Positions 18,558 through 27,806 of a DNA stretch of 64,000 nucleotides are shown here, piece after piece. Source of the stretch: Verrucomicrobiota bacterium (GTDB taxonomy: Bacteria; Verrucomicrobiota; Lentisphaeria; Lentisphaerales; Lentisphaeraceae); assembly GCA_039798785.1 (NCBI GenBank), contig JBDKFG010000001.1, positions 193,007-257,006 on the forward strand, given 5' to 3'. Within the stretch, counting starts at the first letter, position 1, and every line of letters begins with the position of its first letter. Position numbers and translations under genes: made by a program. A model generated the notes under the pieces. That model did not search any database. It was not told where the DNA came from and was given only the letters and a program-made list of their open reading frames with translations.

Positions 18558-20441
18558 TCAATAGTGCCATTCAGGCTTCGGATCGAGATTCCTGGCCGCG
18601 AGATGCTGGTCGATGGTCTTGCTCAGATCGGCAAAGCTGCGAACAGGCTTGAAGAGATAGTCATTCATTCCGGCGACCAGAGCCTCGACCCGCATCGACT
18701 CGTCAGTGTGGGCGGTGAGGGCGATGATCGGAGTCTGGCAGTTCTCCTGGCGCAGGCGCCGGGTGGCTTCGATGCCATTGAGAACGGGCATTTCGAGATC
18801 CATGAAGACGAGATCGGGCTTTTCCTTCAGGGCCAGGGCGATCGCCTCTTCGCCGTCGCGAGCCATCAGCACCTCAGCACCGCCGCGCTCGAGAAGGCGG
18901 CGCAGAAGCTGCAGGTTGACCAGGTTGTCGTCGACGGCGAGGAATCGGAAGCCGTTCCAATCCCCCGGCGCCTGGGGCGGCTTGATCTCGGCGCGATGCA
19001 ATGGAGCCTCAAGATGCAGTGAGAAGCAGGATCCTTCCCCCAGACGGGATTTGACCGAGATGCCGCCGTTCATCATCTTCAAGAGCTTGTCGACGATGCA
19101 GAGTCCGACGCCGACGCCGCCGAAACTGAGGCCTTCGCCTTGATTGTGGACAAAGGGCGTGAAGAGCCTGCTCATGGTCTCCTCGTCCATGCCCATGCCG
19201 GTGTCGGAGACTTCGAAACAGAGCTGCTCCCCCTGGCGCCAGGCGCGCAGACCGATCTTTCCCTTCGGGGTGAAGCTGACGGCATTTGCCAACAAATGCC
19301 GGAGAATCTCGCGGATGCGATCGGGGTCGCCAAGGGCGGAAGCTTCGAACTCGACGCTGGCGCTGATCTCCATCTCCTGGCCGGGTTGAAGACGGGGCTG
19401 GATCTGTTCGCGCAGCACGTCGAGGATGGCGGCAGGCTCAAAGGGCTTCTTCTCCAGTCTCAGAAGACCGCTCTCCGCCTGGGTGAACTCGGTCACCTCC
19501 TGGATGATGTCGAGCATCTGCAGTCCGGAGTTGCGGATCACGGCGAGCTGCTCGATCTGGGCGGCGACAAGCGAGCTCTCACTCAGCATCAAATCGGAGT
19601 AGCCGATGACGCCGTTCAGCGGCGTCCGCAACTCGTGCGACAGGGCAGCAATGAAGCTCGCCTTGAATTTCCTTGCATTCTCGGCCTCGTCCCGAGCCTT
19701 CCGGAGATTCTCCATGGCGGCGATCTGCGAGCTGATGTCGCGCTCGATCGACATGTAATGGAGGATCTTGCCATCGGCATCGCAAATCGGCTCGACCTCG
19801 ATGTCGACCCAATAGCTATGGCCGTTTTTGTGGTAGTTGCAGAGGATTTCGTGAAAGCCCTTGCCTCCTTGAAGGCGGGAACGGATTCTCGCCACCGCAC
19901 CGCGATCCGTCAGCGGCCCCTGCAGCAGGTGACCTGGCTTGCGCCCTTTGGCTTCGTCGAATGTATAGCCCGTGAGACTGGTGAAGGCATCGTTGACCCA
20001 GCGGATGCTTCCGTCAGGATCGGTGAGAATCACGGCGTTGCCGGTGCGCTTCGAGATCGAAGCCAGGATCTCGCTTTCGCCACGCCTGTCGATCGACTCC
20101 GCCATCAGCTCCAGAGCCTGCTCGATCATTCCCTTGAGCGCAGGCAGCGCGGCCTCCAGATCTGGACCGCTGAGAAGCAGCAGCCCCAGATCCTCCCTGT
20201 CGATGCGAAGAGGCATCACCCAGGCCGGTGAGGAAACCCCAAGTCCCTCAGCCTGCTCCGGACTCAGCCGGCCGAAACCCTCGGGAAGCTTAGATGCGTC
20301 CCCACTCGAGCCCGGATCCAAGGGCTGCAAGCCGCCAGCGACGCGCCTCCAGATCCGACACTCCAGTTGATTTGACCTGAGACGTCGCGCCAGCGACATC
20401 AGAGACTCGGACCAGCGACAAGACGAATTCGACATGGCCAT
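18558..20441 (-). CDS. Hybrid sensor histidine kinase (PAS-HisKA-HATPase-REC)
   Basis: PAS WVNDAF..GPLTD, SHELRTPLN, DTGMG, GVGLCI, receiver FMDLEMP. Confidence 0.92.
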   Translation of the reverse strand: MAMSNSSCRWSESLMSLARRLRSNQLECRIWRRVAGGLQPLDPGSSGDASKLPEGFGRLSPEQAEGLGVSSPAWVMPLRIDREDLGLLLLSGPDLEAALPALKGMIEQALELMAESIDRRGESEILASISKRTGNAVILTDPDGSIRWVNDAFTSLTGYTFDEAKGRKPGHLLQGPLTDRGAVARIRSRLQGGKGFHEILCNYHKNGHSYWVDIEVEPICDADGKILHYMSIERDISSQIAAMENLRKARDEAENARKFKASFIAALSHELRTPLNGVIGYSDLMLSESSLVAAQIEQLAVIRNSGLQMLDIIQEVTEFTQAESGLLRLEKKPFEPAAILDVLREQIQPRLQPGQEMEISASVEFEASALGDPDRIREILRHLLANAVSFTPKGKIGLRAWRQGEQLCFEVSDTGMGMDEETMSRLFTPFVHNQGEGLSFGGVGVGLCIVDKLLKMMNGGISVKSRLGEGSCFSLHLEAPLHRAEIKPPQAPGDWNGFRFLAVDDNLVNLQLLRRLLERGGAEVLMARDGEEAIALALKEKPDLVFMDLEMPVLNGIEATRRLRQENCQTPIIALTAHTDESMRVEALVAGMNDYLFKPVRSFADLSKTIDQHLAARNLDPKPEWHY

Positions 20442-20648
20442 CTCCTAGGTTGCCTCAAACAAACATCCTCATCCTAGGCTACAACCAAAAAAAATCGAAT
20501 GCAAGCCCCGCATCTCCTTTCCTTGCCTCCGCCTCCCATAATGCCGCGATTTCGGAAGCTCCTGCAAACTTGCCGGAAAGACAGTTGGCGACATTGTCTG
20601 ATGCGGACAAAACAGCTCCGCTTCGTCGAACCCTGAAGGATACCGATC

Positions 20649-20957
20649 ATGAAATTCCCGCTCCTCTGCAGCTCCCTCCTCGCTCTCGGCCTGAGCCTCA
20701 GCGCCGCTGACAAGACCTATCAGAAAACCGGCCCGGTAGTCGAAATCACCGACAGCAAAATCGTCCTGGAAACCAAGGACGACGGCAAATGGGAATTCTC
20801 CCGCAGCGCCGTCACCAAGGCCGACGGCAGCGCCATCAAGGTCGGCGACAAAGTCACCGTGACCTACACGATGACTGCCACCGCCATCGAAGTCAAGGGC
20901 GACAAGAAAGCCGAGAAGAGCGGCGACAAGAAGGCTGAGAAAGCCGAGAAGAAGTGA
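20649..20957 (+). CDS. Small secreted protein (OB-fold-like) with a Lys-rich tail
   Basis: Signal peptide ending LSA; KTGPVVEI..IKVGDKVTVTY; strong C-ending codon bias. Confidence 0.8.
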   Translation: MKFPLLCSSLLALGLSLSAADKTYQKTGPVVEITDSKIVLETKDDGKWEFSRSAVTKADGSAIKVGDKVTVTYTMTATAIEVKGDKKAEKSGDKKAEKAEKK

Positions 20958-20978
20958 TCTCCGACGATCTCCGACTCG

Positions 20979-21016
20979 AATCAAGGCGACTCCGAAAGGG
21001 CTCGCCTTGATTTTTT
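20979..21016 (+). terminator. Rho-independent terminator
   Basis: aatcaaggcga ctccgaaagggc tcgccttgatttttt. Confidence 0.8.
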
Positions 21017-21021
21017 GCCGC

Positions 21022-22437
21022 TCACTTGCCGGCTCGGCAGAGCGCGAGCGCCTTATGGTGATTGTCACCGCTCCACTTGGCGAGAACGGCCAAGGGGATC
21101 ATGCCCAGGAAGCCGAGGAAATGAACGATCACATGCGTCCCCGACTCGAAGGGATTGACCCGGGTGACGATGCAGAAGATGCCGAACAGGCACTCCGCCA
21201 GGATCAAGATCAGGATGACATGCTGGCGATAGGCGAAATGAAGGATCACTCCAAGAGGCGCGAGGATGATCGGCACCCAAAGCAGAACGCGTGCCGCATG
21301 ATTGCTGACGGCAAACAACATCATCAGGTAGGCTCCCGCCAGGATGCAAAGGACGAACAGCGAGCCTGAGCTCCGGAAGACAAATCCCAGAAAAGTGCCG
21401 AAAAGGAGAACCCCGAGCGGAATCAGGAAATCGGGCCAGCTGAAGCGCTGGACCAGCATCAGGGAGATCAGGCAGACGAAATGAAAACTGAGCGCCGAGA
21501 AAAGCCTGGGCGCGAAAAACAGTTGCTGGATCGACTGCAATCTGCCAAGAGTCAATGGTCGAACGGCTTCGACGCTGCGTCCTTCGGGAGCAAAGAGGTC
21601 GACGATCAGCACCAGCGACCAGATCAGCGCCAGGAGCGGCGAAAAGCCGCCGTTGACCGCGAAAGCGACCAGCCCGAGGAAAACGCAGATCCGGCGGCCC
21701 CGGACATGGTTTTCGCTGGCCGGCGCCATGCCGGCGGCGGCGAGCTTGAGCATCAGGAAGATCACCAGCGGAGCCGAGACCACAGCCGCCATCAGCATTT
21801 CTGCATCCCAGGAGAATCCGGCGTGGCCGCCGTGAGCGAAGCGCCGGTAGGAAATCAATCCCGAGAGCAGGATCGGACCGAAGATGAACATCAGAACCAG
21901 GAAGATGAGACCGCTGCCGCGGGGCTTCTTGATCAAGTTGCCGCCGGCGAAATTCGGGTGCGAATTGCCCATGCAGAGATTGAACGCCGCCATCACCGAA
22001 CCGAGAAGACACAGAAGGCAGAGAAGAAGGACGTCCTCTAGGAAGTTGCCTTTCGCGATGAAGTAACGAGCCACCGCATAAGGCAGGGCTGAAGTGAGGA
22101 AAAGGACTCCGACAAGGCTGGCGCTGAGCCACTTGCCGGTGACGATGCGCCAGGAGTCCAGACGGGTCAGGAAGAGCATCTGCAAGGTGTTTTCCCGTAG
22201 CTCGCTGTTGATCGCATCGCCGGCATGCAGGGCCGGAATGATCAACATCGGCAGGGCGGCGCAGAAGATGATGGCCTGGCTCATCTCCTTGGTTGAGAAA
22301 CTGATCAGAAGAAGCACAATGAGCAGGATGTGGTAGGTGGCGAAGGTGAGGGTGAAGCTGCGTGAGCGCAGCGACTGACGCATTTCCTTGATCATCACCG
22401 CCGGCAGGCGGTCGGGAAAGTCCTGGGCGAGGAACAT
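21022..22437 (-). CDS. ABC-2-type permease-like multi-pass membrane protein
   Basis: IKEMRQSLRSR, ELRENTLQMLFLTRL..IVTGKW; many transmembrane segments; start at MFLAQD. Confidence 0.75.
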   Translation of the reverse strand: MFLAQDFPDRLPAVMIKEMRQSLRSRSFTLTFATYHILLIVLLLISFSTKEMSQAIIFCAALPMLIIPALHAGDAINSELRENTLQMLFLTRLDSWRIVTGKWLSASLVGVLFLTSALPYAVARYFIAKGNFLEDVLLLCLLCLLGSVMAAFNLCMGNSHPNFAGGNLIKKPRGSGLIFLVLMFIFGPILLSGLISYRRFAHGGHAGFSWDAEMLMAAVVSAPLVIFLMLKLAAAGMAPASENHVRGRRICVFLGLVAFAVNGGFSPLLALIWSLVLIVDLFAPEGRSVEAVRPLTLGRLQSIQQLFFAPRLFSALSFHFVCLISLMLVQRFSWPDFLIPLGVLLFGTFLGFVFRSSGSLFVLCILAGAYLMMLFAVSNHAARVLLWVPIILAPLGVILHFAYRQHVILILILAECLFGIFCIVTRVNPFESGTHVIVHFLGFLGMIPLAVLAKWSGDNHHKALALCRAGK

Positions 22438-22501
22438 GAGGCACTCACAGTTGAAAGATGGAAAGAGGAGAAGATGGAATGATTGACGCCTAATTGATGA
22501 A

Positions 22502-23656
22502 TCAGCTCTCCTTCCACCAGAGATGCGCTTCCCGCAAAGCCGCGACGACGCGCCGCGGATCAGCGTGACCCGCCTGCTCAAGCGCGGCGATCATCGCGCC
22601 TTCGTCGAAGGCACCCGCCTGCTCACCGGGGAACCAATGGTTCTTTTTGCCGAGAAGCTGATAACGCATCTTGCCGAAGGAGAACATGCCGAGTGCGCTG
22701 GCGAGATTGTGGAATCTCAGGATGTCAAGCAGATTGACGCGGCCGGGGGTCGCCTCGATCTCGGGCAGATGGCGATCCCAATGCTGCAACCACTCACCAC
22801 CCAGGCAGGCCTTCATCTCCTGCTGGATCGCAAGGTCGACCGAGGCGACGGCATCGCGATCGCCAAGCCCGGCAAGTGAGGCCAGATGCTCGTCGAAGTC
22901 GGCCGGCTGTGCGGCCCCCACCGACAGGGTGTGGATATGTGGATTCTGCAGGCAGAAGCGGTTGTTGAAGCCGATTGGCGAGTAAGGAGAGCAGAGGCGG
23001 CGAAGCTTGTCCGGCGGATCGTAGAGGCGTCCTCCCTTGTCGGAAGGCGAGATGATGAATATCCCCATGTCGCGGGCGGCAGCATCCTCGACGGCGGCAT
23101 GGTTGCGCTGATTGAAGTAATACCAGTGGAGATTGACGTAGTCGAAGGCTTCGGTGGCGATGCTGCGGCGGATGAGCTCGGTCTGGCCGTGGGTGGAAAA
23201 GCCGAGGAAGCGGAAAAAGCCGCGCTGGCGCCAGTGCTCGCAAATCTCCAGGCAATGGCTCTCGACCCAGTCGAGATGCTCCTGGGTGTTGATGCCGTGA
23301 ATCGCCAGTAGGTCGATCCTGTCGAGCCCCAGGTTGCTGAAGGAGGTGACGATCTCCGCCTCGAATTCCTTCGGATCGGCGCGCGGCTGGACCTTGGTCT
23401 GCAGGATGATCTTGTCACGAGGCAGCTCCGCGATCACCGGCCCCATCTGGATCTCCGAAGAACCGTATCCACGCGCCGTTTCAAAATGATTGATGCCCAG
23501 CTCGAAAGCCCGGTGGATGGTGCGCCGCAGATTCTCCTGGCCAGCCGCTTGGATCTCCTCCCGGCGGAGATCCTCCCAGGACTGCATGAAGCGCATGCCG
23601 CCACAAGAGAATACCGGCATCTGCAATTCAGTGCGGCCAAAACGACGGTAGAGCAT
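22502..23656 (-). CDS. Aldo/keto reductase family protein
   Basis: YRRFGRTEL..FSCGGMR, GINHFETARGYG, GFSTHG. Confidence 0.9.
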   Translation of the reverse strand: MLYRRFGRTELQMPVFSCGGMRFMQSWEDLRREEIQAAGQENLRRTIHRAFELGINHFETARGYGSSEIQMGPVIAELPRDKIILQTKVQPRADPKEFEAEIVTSFSNLGLDRIDLLAIHGINTQEHLDWVESHCLEICEHWRQRGFFRFLGFSTHGQTELIRRSIATEAFDYVNLHWYYFNQRNHAAVEDAAARDMGIFIISPSDKGGRLYDPPDKLRRLCSPYSPIGFNNRFCLQNPHIHTLSVGAAQPADFDEHLASLAGLGDRDAVASVDLAIQQEMKACLGGEWLQHWDRHLPEIEATPGRVNLLDILRFHNLASALGMFSFGKMRYQLLGKKNHWFPGEQAGAFDEGAMIAALEQAGHADPRRVVAALREAHLWWKES

Positions 23657-23749
23657 GAGCGACCTCTGTATCAGGGTTTGTATGGCTTAGGCAGTTTAAT
23701 GAGTGTAAGGCTTTTGAACAAGTCGGGCGTCCTGCACGGCTTGATTTTT

Positions 23750-26443
23750 TCAAGCCATGGAGGATTCCGCCTCGAATCCCGGCAGCCACTTGACCAGGAT
23801 GCGGATAAGCTCGTCGCGGCGCAGCGGCTTGGTGAGGTAGTCATCCATCCCGGCCAGGCGGCACTTCTCGTCGTCACCCTGCATGGCGTTGGCCGTGAGG
23901 GCGATCACCACCTGATGACGTCCTGATGCGACCTCCCTGAGTCGCACTTGGCGAGTCGCCTCGTAACCGTCCATCTCAGGCATCAGACAGTCCATGAAAA
24001 CCAAGGGATAATGGAAGCGATCAAGCATCTGCAAGGCTTCGCTGCCATTGGCGGCGACATCGACGCTGCAGCCGATCATGTTGAGAACCTTGACCGCCAG
24101 CTTCTGGTTGACGGCATTGTCTTCGGCCAGCAGCACTTTGACGTTGGGGCGGACGGTGCAGTGATTTTTCCCGGGTGTCGCCATCAGGATTGGCCGTTCT
24201 TCTGCAGGCCGGCCGAAGACCGCGTCGAGGAGGGCGCTGGCTTTGACGAGAGGGCGGCTGATTACGGCTCGGATGCCGCAGCTCTCGAGGGCCTGGCGCT
24301 CGGGCCGGTTTCTGGGGGAGCAGACATAGAGTCGCAGTCCGCCGGTGCTGGCAGGCAAAGCCTCGAGTGGGCCCTCGACAAAACTCAAGACCATTGAAGG
24401 CGGGCTGTCGTCCCTGGCTGGGCGGGCGCCGAGCTCGGAGAGGGCGCGTGAAAGGAGCTCGGCTTCTTCAGGACAGGCGAGGCGGAGGTCGAACCAGAAG
24501 GCAGACAAGGATTTTGCCGCTTCGGGAGGCGTGGCCTCCTGCAAGGGGACTTCGAAAAAGAAGGTCGATCCCCGGCCAGGCTCGGATGTGCAGCCGATCT
24601 CTCCGTTCATCAGCTGCACCAGGCGTTTGCAGATCGCCAAGCCGAGACCGGTGCCGCCGAACTTGCGTGTGGTCGAGGCGTCCGCCTGCTCGAAAGCGCT
24701 GAAGAGTTTAGGAATCTTCTCCTCCGCAATGCCGATGCCGCTGTCGCTGACCTCGCAGCGGAGGCGATCTTCGACCCGGCGGAGTCGCAGGCGGACGCTG
24801 CCGCGGGCGGTGAACTTGATCGCATTCGAGATGAGATTGAGAAGGATCTGGCGGTAGCGCCCGGGATCGCCGAGGAGCGAGGCCGGCACCTCGGGCGCGA
24901 TGTCGACCAGGAGCGCTATCTCTTTCTTCTCGCACATCGGCAGAAGCAGCTCGGCGACATCATGCAAGGCGCCGCGAGGATCGAGCGGTATCATCTCGAG
25001 ATCCATCTTGCCGGCCTCGATCTTGGAGAAGTCCAGGATGTCGTTGATGATCGCGAGCAGGGCTTCGGCCGAATTGCGGAGGGTGTTGACATAGTCCTTC
25101 TGCTCCTCATTCAGCGGCGTTTCGAGGAGGAGGTTGGAGAAGCCGAGGACGCCGTTCATCGGGGTGCGGATCTCGTGCGACATGTTGGCGAGGAACTCGC
25201 CCTTCGAGCGGCTTGCGTTCTCCGCCTCGAAGCGGGCGTTGATCAGCTCGCGGGTGGTGAGTTCGTTCTTGATCGCCAGAGCGAACATCTCGACCACCTC
25301 GGCCAGCAGCTCGGCATGGCTTTTCCAGGCGTGGACCAGGACCCCGATGGGGCGCCCCCCCGGAGCGGCGATGATCGGAATGCCGGTCCATCGTTCGACG
25401 GGCCTGGACTCCTCAAGCCGGAGAGCGGCACCGGCCGCCATCGCCAGGTCCATCTCGTCCTCGGCCTCCAGGCCGGACGGCAGGTAGGAAGGAGAAATCT
25501 GTCTCTCTTCGTTGCAGAGATAGAGAGCCATGCGATCGTCGGTGCCGAACGGGACGGCGTTGGCGAGATGGGAGAAGGCCCGCTTCAGCCTCTCCTCGAA
25601 GGCCCTCTCGGTGACCAGCTCGCGCATCAAGGAAGCCTTGATCTCCGAGTTCATCTGGCCCTCCTCGGCCTTGCGCTGCGCCAGGAAAATAGCCTCCTCC
25701 TGAGTCCCGATCTGGTCGAGCATCTGGTTGAGATTCTCCGCCACCTCGCCGATCTCGTCGCGGACGATAACCGGCGCGCGCGCTTCGGAATTCTGCCGCC
25801 TCTCGTGGATGGAGGCGACGATCAATTGCGCCGGACGCAAGATGAAGCGGTGCACCAGGTAAAGAGCGGCGAAGAGAATCACCGTAACGCAGAAAAGACT
25901 GATCGCCGAGATCGCCAACGAGCTCTTTGCCAAGGCCTGATGGATGGCATCGCTCTTGATGTGGATCATCACTGCGCCGCTCTCGAAGCGCCCGAGATCG
26001 TGTCGGAACGGGAGGCGGACGGGGGCAGTGAAGTCGATCAAGGTGCCGCCATCATGCTCGAGATCGTAGACGATGGCGTTCGTCTTCAGGCAGCGCTCGA
26101 TATCCTCCCGAGTGTGCTCGGGATCAGGCAGCTCCGCAAGCGTCTTGCCGGCCCACGCCGGATTGGTGCTGAAAGTGACGCGCAGGGGATTTCCCGACAC
26201 CACCAGCAAGTCGTCGATGTCCCTTTCGCCGGAGATCGACTGCAAGTAGCGGCTGAAGGCCGGCATCGACGGAGCCGATTCCGCCGCGAAGGCGATGCCG
26301 TTGACCAGGGTCCGCCCGCGCAGGACGGTCATGTCGTCGATCTGTTGACGCACCAGGACGCGAGTGCTGAAGTAGCCGACCAAAGCGCACAGGAGGGCCA
26401 GGACGATCAAAGGAAGAAAGAGGTTGCGCTTCAACGAGGGCAT
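23750..26443 (-). CDS. Membrane hybrid sensor histidine kinase (periplasmic domain-HAMP-HisKA-HATPase-REC)
   Basis: Two transmembrane segments, RDEIGEVAENLNQM, FLANMSHEIRTPMNG, FGGTGLGL, FMDCLMP. Confidence 0.93.
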   Translation of the reverse strand: MPSLKRNLFLPLIVLALLCALVGYFSTRVLVRQQIDDMTVLRGRTLVNGIAFAAESAPSMPAFSRYLQSISGERDIDDLLVVSGNPLRVTFSTNPAWAGKTLAELPDPEHTREDIERCLKTNAIVYDLEHDGGTLIDFTAPVRLPFRHDLGRFESGAVMIHIKSDAIHQALAKSSLAISAISLFCVTVILFAALYLVHRFILRPAQLIVASIHERRQNSEARAPVIVRDEIGEVAENLNQMLDQIGTQEEAIFLAQRKAEEGQMNSEIKASLMRELVTERAFEERLKRAFSHLANAVPFGTDDRMALYLCNEERQISPSYLPSGLEAEDEMDLAMAAGAALRLEESRPVERWTGIPIIAAPGGRPIGVLVHAWKSHAELLAEVVEMFALAIKNELTTRELINARFEAENASRSKGEFLANMSHEIRTPMNGVLGFSNLLLETPLNEEQKDYVNTLRNSAEALLAIINDILDFSKIEAGKMDLEMIPLDPRGALHDVAELLLPMCEKKEIALLVDIAPEVPASLLGDPGRYRQILLNLISNAIKFTARGSVRLRLRRVEDRLRCEVSDSGIGIAEEKIPKLFSAFEQADASTTRKFGGTGLGLAICKRLVQLMNGEIGCTSEPGRGSTFFFEVPLQEATPPEAAKSLSAFWFDLRLACPEEAELLSRALSELGARPARDDSPPSMVLSFVEGPLEALPASTGGLRLYVCSPRNRPERQALESCGIRAVISRPLVKASALLDAVFGRPAEERPILMATPGKNHCTVRPNVKVLLAEDNAVNQKLAVKVLNMIGCSVDVAANGSEALQMLDRFHYPLVFMDCLMPEMDGYEATRQVRLREVASGRHQVVIALTANAMQGDDEKCRLAGMDDYLTKPLRRDELIRILVKWLPGFEAESSMA

Positions 26444-26446
26444 GGC

Positions 26447-27391
26447 TCAGAGGACCTCGCTTGGCTGGATGGCTCGGTTCAGCATCTTGTTGGCGATCAT
26501 GATCTCCGAATAAGTGGCGATGCTGGCCGCCAGCCCCCCTTTGAAGAAGGCTGCCTGATCTTCCTCGCCATAGACCTTCAGGCCGCTCATGTCGTAATCG
26601 GCGGCCGTCGCCGTGCTGCTGGCATCCGCCGCCTTCACCGTCGCCAGCATCAAGTCCTGCGCCTCGCGCCGGTTCGACAGGAACCAGATCAAGGCGGCGT
26701 TGTAGGCGCGCGACACCTTGGCGCTCAAATCAGGATGAGCTCGGTCGACAGCCCTGTCGATCGAAAGGACGTCGAGAATCAAGCCGGGATACGCGGCGCT
26801 GTCATAGAGCTTCTTGAAGCCATAGCGGCTTTCCCAGTCGCCGATGAAGGGGGGATAGGTCTGCACGGCATCGATCCGCTTCGCATGTTCAGCCTCCAGG
26901 GCCGCCTGCTGCACCAGCGGCACATGCGCGATGTCGCTGATCTTGAGACCGGCGGATTTCAGGCCGTAGTGAAGGGTGATCATGTCGTTCGACTGCGGCT
27001 CGGCGGCAACCCGTTTCCCTTTCAGATCCGCCACCGAAGCGATGCCGGGACGGGCGAGCAGGACGTCGGCGCCGGAGGAGGAGTCCGCCACCCGGAAGAT
27101 GCGCAAGGGACGGGAAGTCTTTTCGGTGATGCTCAAAGCCTCGATCAGCGATGAAGCGATGATGTCGGACTGCCCCCGCACATAAGTCTGCACCACATCG
27201 GAAAGCGAACTGACGAAAATCGTCTTGACGTTCAAACCTTCGGCGTCAAAGAAACCCCGCCTTTCGGCGAGGTCGACAAACATGTAGCCCGGCCAGGGAT
27301 TAAGCGCGATCCGGATCTCCGGCATCTCAGTCTTACAGGATCCTGCCAGAATGGCCGAACCCAATCCACCCAGAAAGACGCTGCGTCGCAT
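26447..27391 (-). CDS. ABC-type substrate-binding lipoprotein (NMT1/THI5/SsuA-like)
   Basis: Lipobox LAGSC, NPWPGY..GFFDAEGL, DSSSGAD, DLKGKRVA; start at MRRSVF after AGGAG. Confidence 0.85.
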   Translation of the reverse strand: MRRSVFLGGLGSAILAGSCKTEMPEIRIALNPWPGYMFVDLAERRGFFDAEGLNVKTIFVSSLSDVVQTYVRGQSDIIASSLIEALSITEKTSRPLRIFRVADSSSGADVLLARPGIASVADLKGKRVAAEPQSNDMITLHYGLKSAGLKISDIAHVPLVQQAALEAEHAKRIDAVQTYPPFIGDWESRYGFKKLYDSAAYPGLILDVLSIDRAVDRAHPDLSAKVSRAYNAALIWFLSNRREAQDLMLATVKAADASSTATAADYDMSGLKVYGEEDQAAFFKGGLAASIATYSEIMIANKMLNRAIQPSEVL

Positions 27392-27585
27392 GGAGACCTC
27401 CTTAAGACCTTGTCCCATTCTATGATCAAAGGGAGAAGAATGCAAGAAATTCCAAGTTTATCATCCTGCTTAATGCAATGACCGATCCTAAATCTCCATC
27501 AAAAATCCAGCAACCAAAAAAACTTATACACATCAAAATAAAAAATTGAACTTAAAATGCCGTGCTATTCATTCTAAGAAACACA

Positions 27586-27795
27586 GTTGGAAGGTTGGGA
27601 GATTGAGCTGCAACGCCAAGCGCTTACGACATGAGGAGGTGATCGACAGGAGCGAAGGTCAAAAATGATTGTCTTGGATAAGCGTGCCCGGCACTCATCA
27701 GGCCGGCACTCATCAGGCTCGATTTCTTGCCAGCTCTCAACAATCGTTTCTTCTTGTTGCAGCTCATTTGCTTGCGATTCAACCTTTGAATCTTT
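27586..27795. repeat. Second palindromic element related to 15786-15955, with an internal 15-bp tandem duplication
   Basis: gttggaaggttgg..tgagctgcaac (27604-27614) pairs with gttgcagctca (27756-27766)..ttcaacctttgaatcttt; cggcactcatcaggc x2 at 27689-27718. Confidence 0.6.
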
Positions 27796-27806
27796 ATCGC
27801 TTCAGC

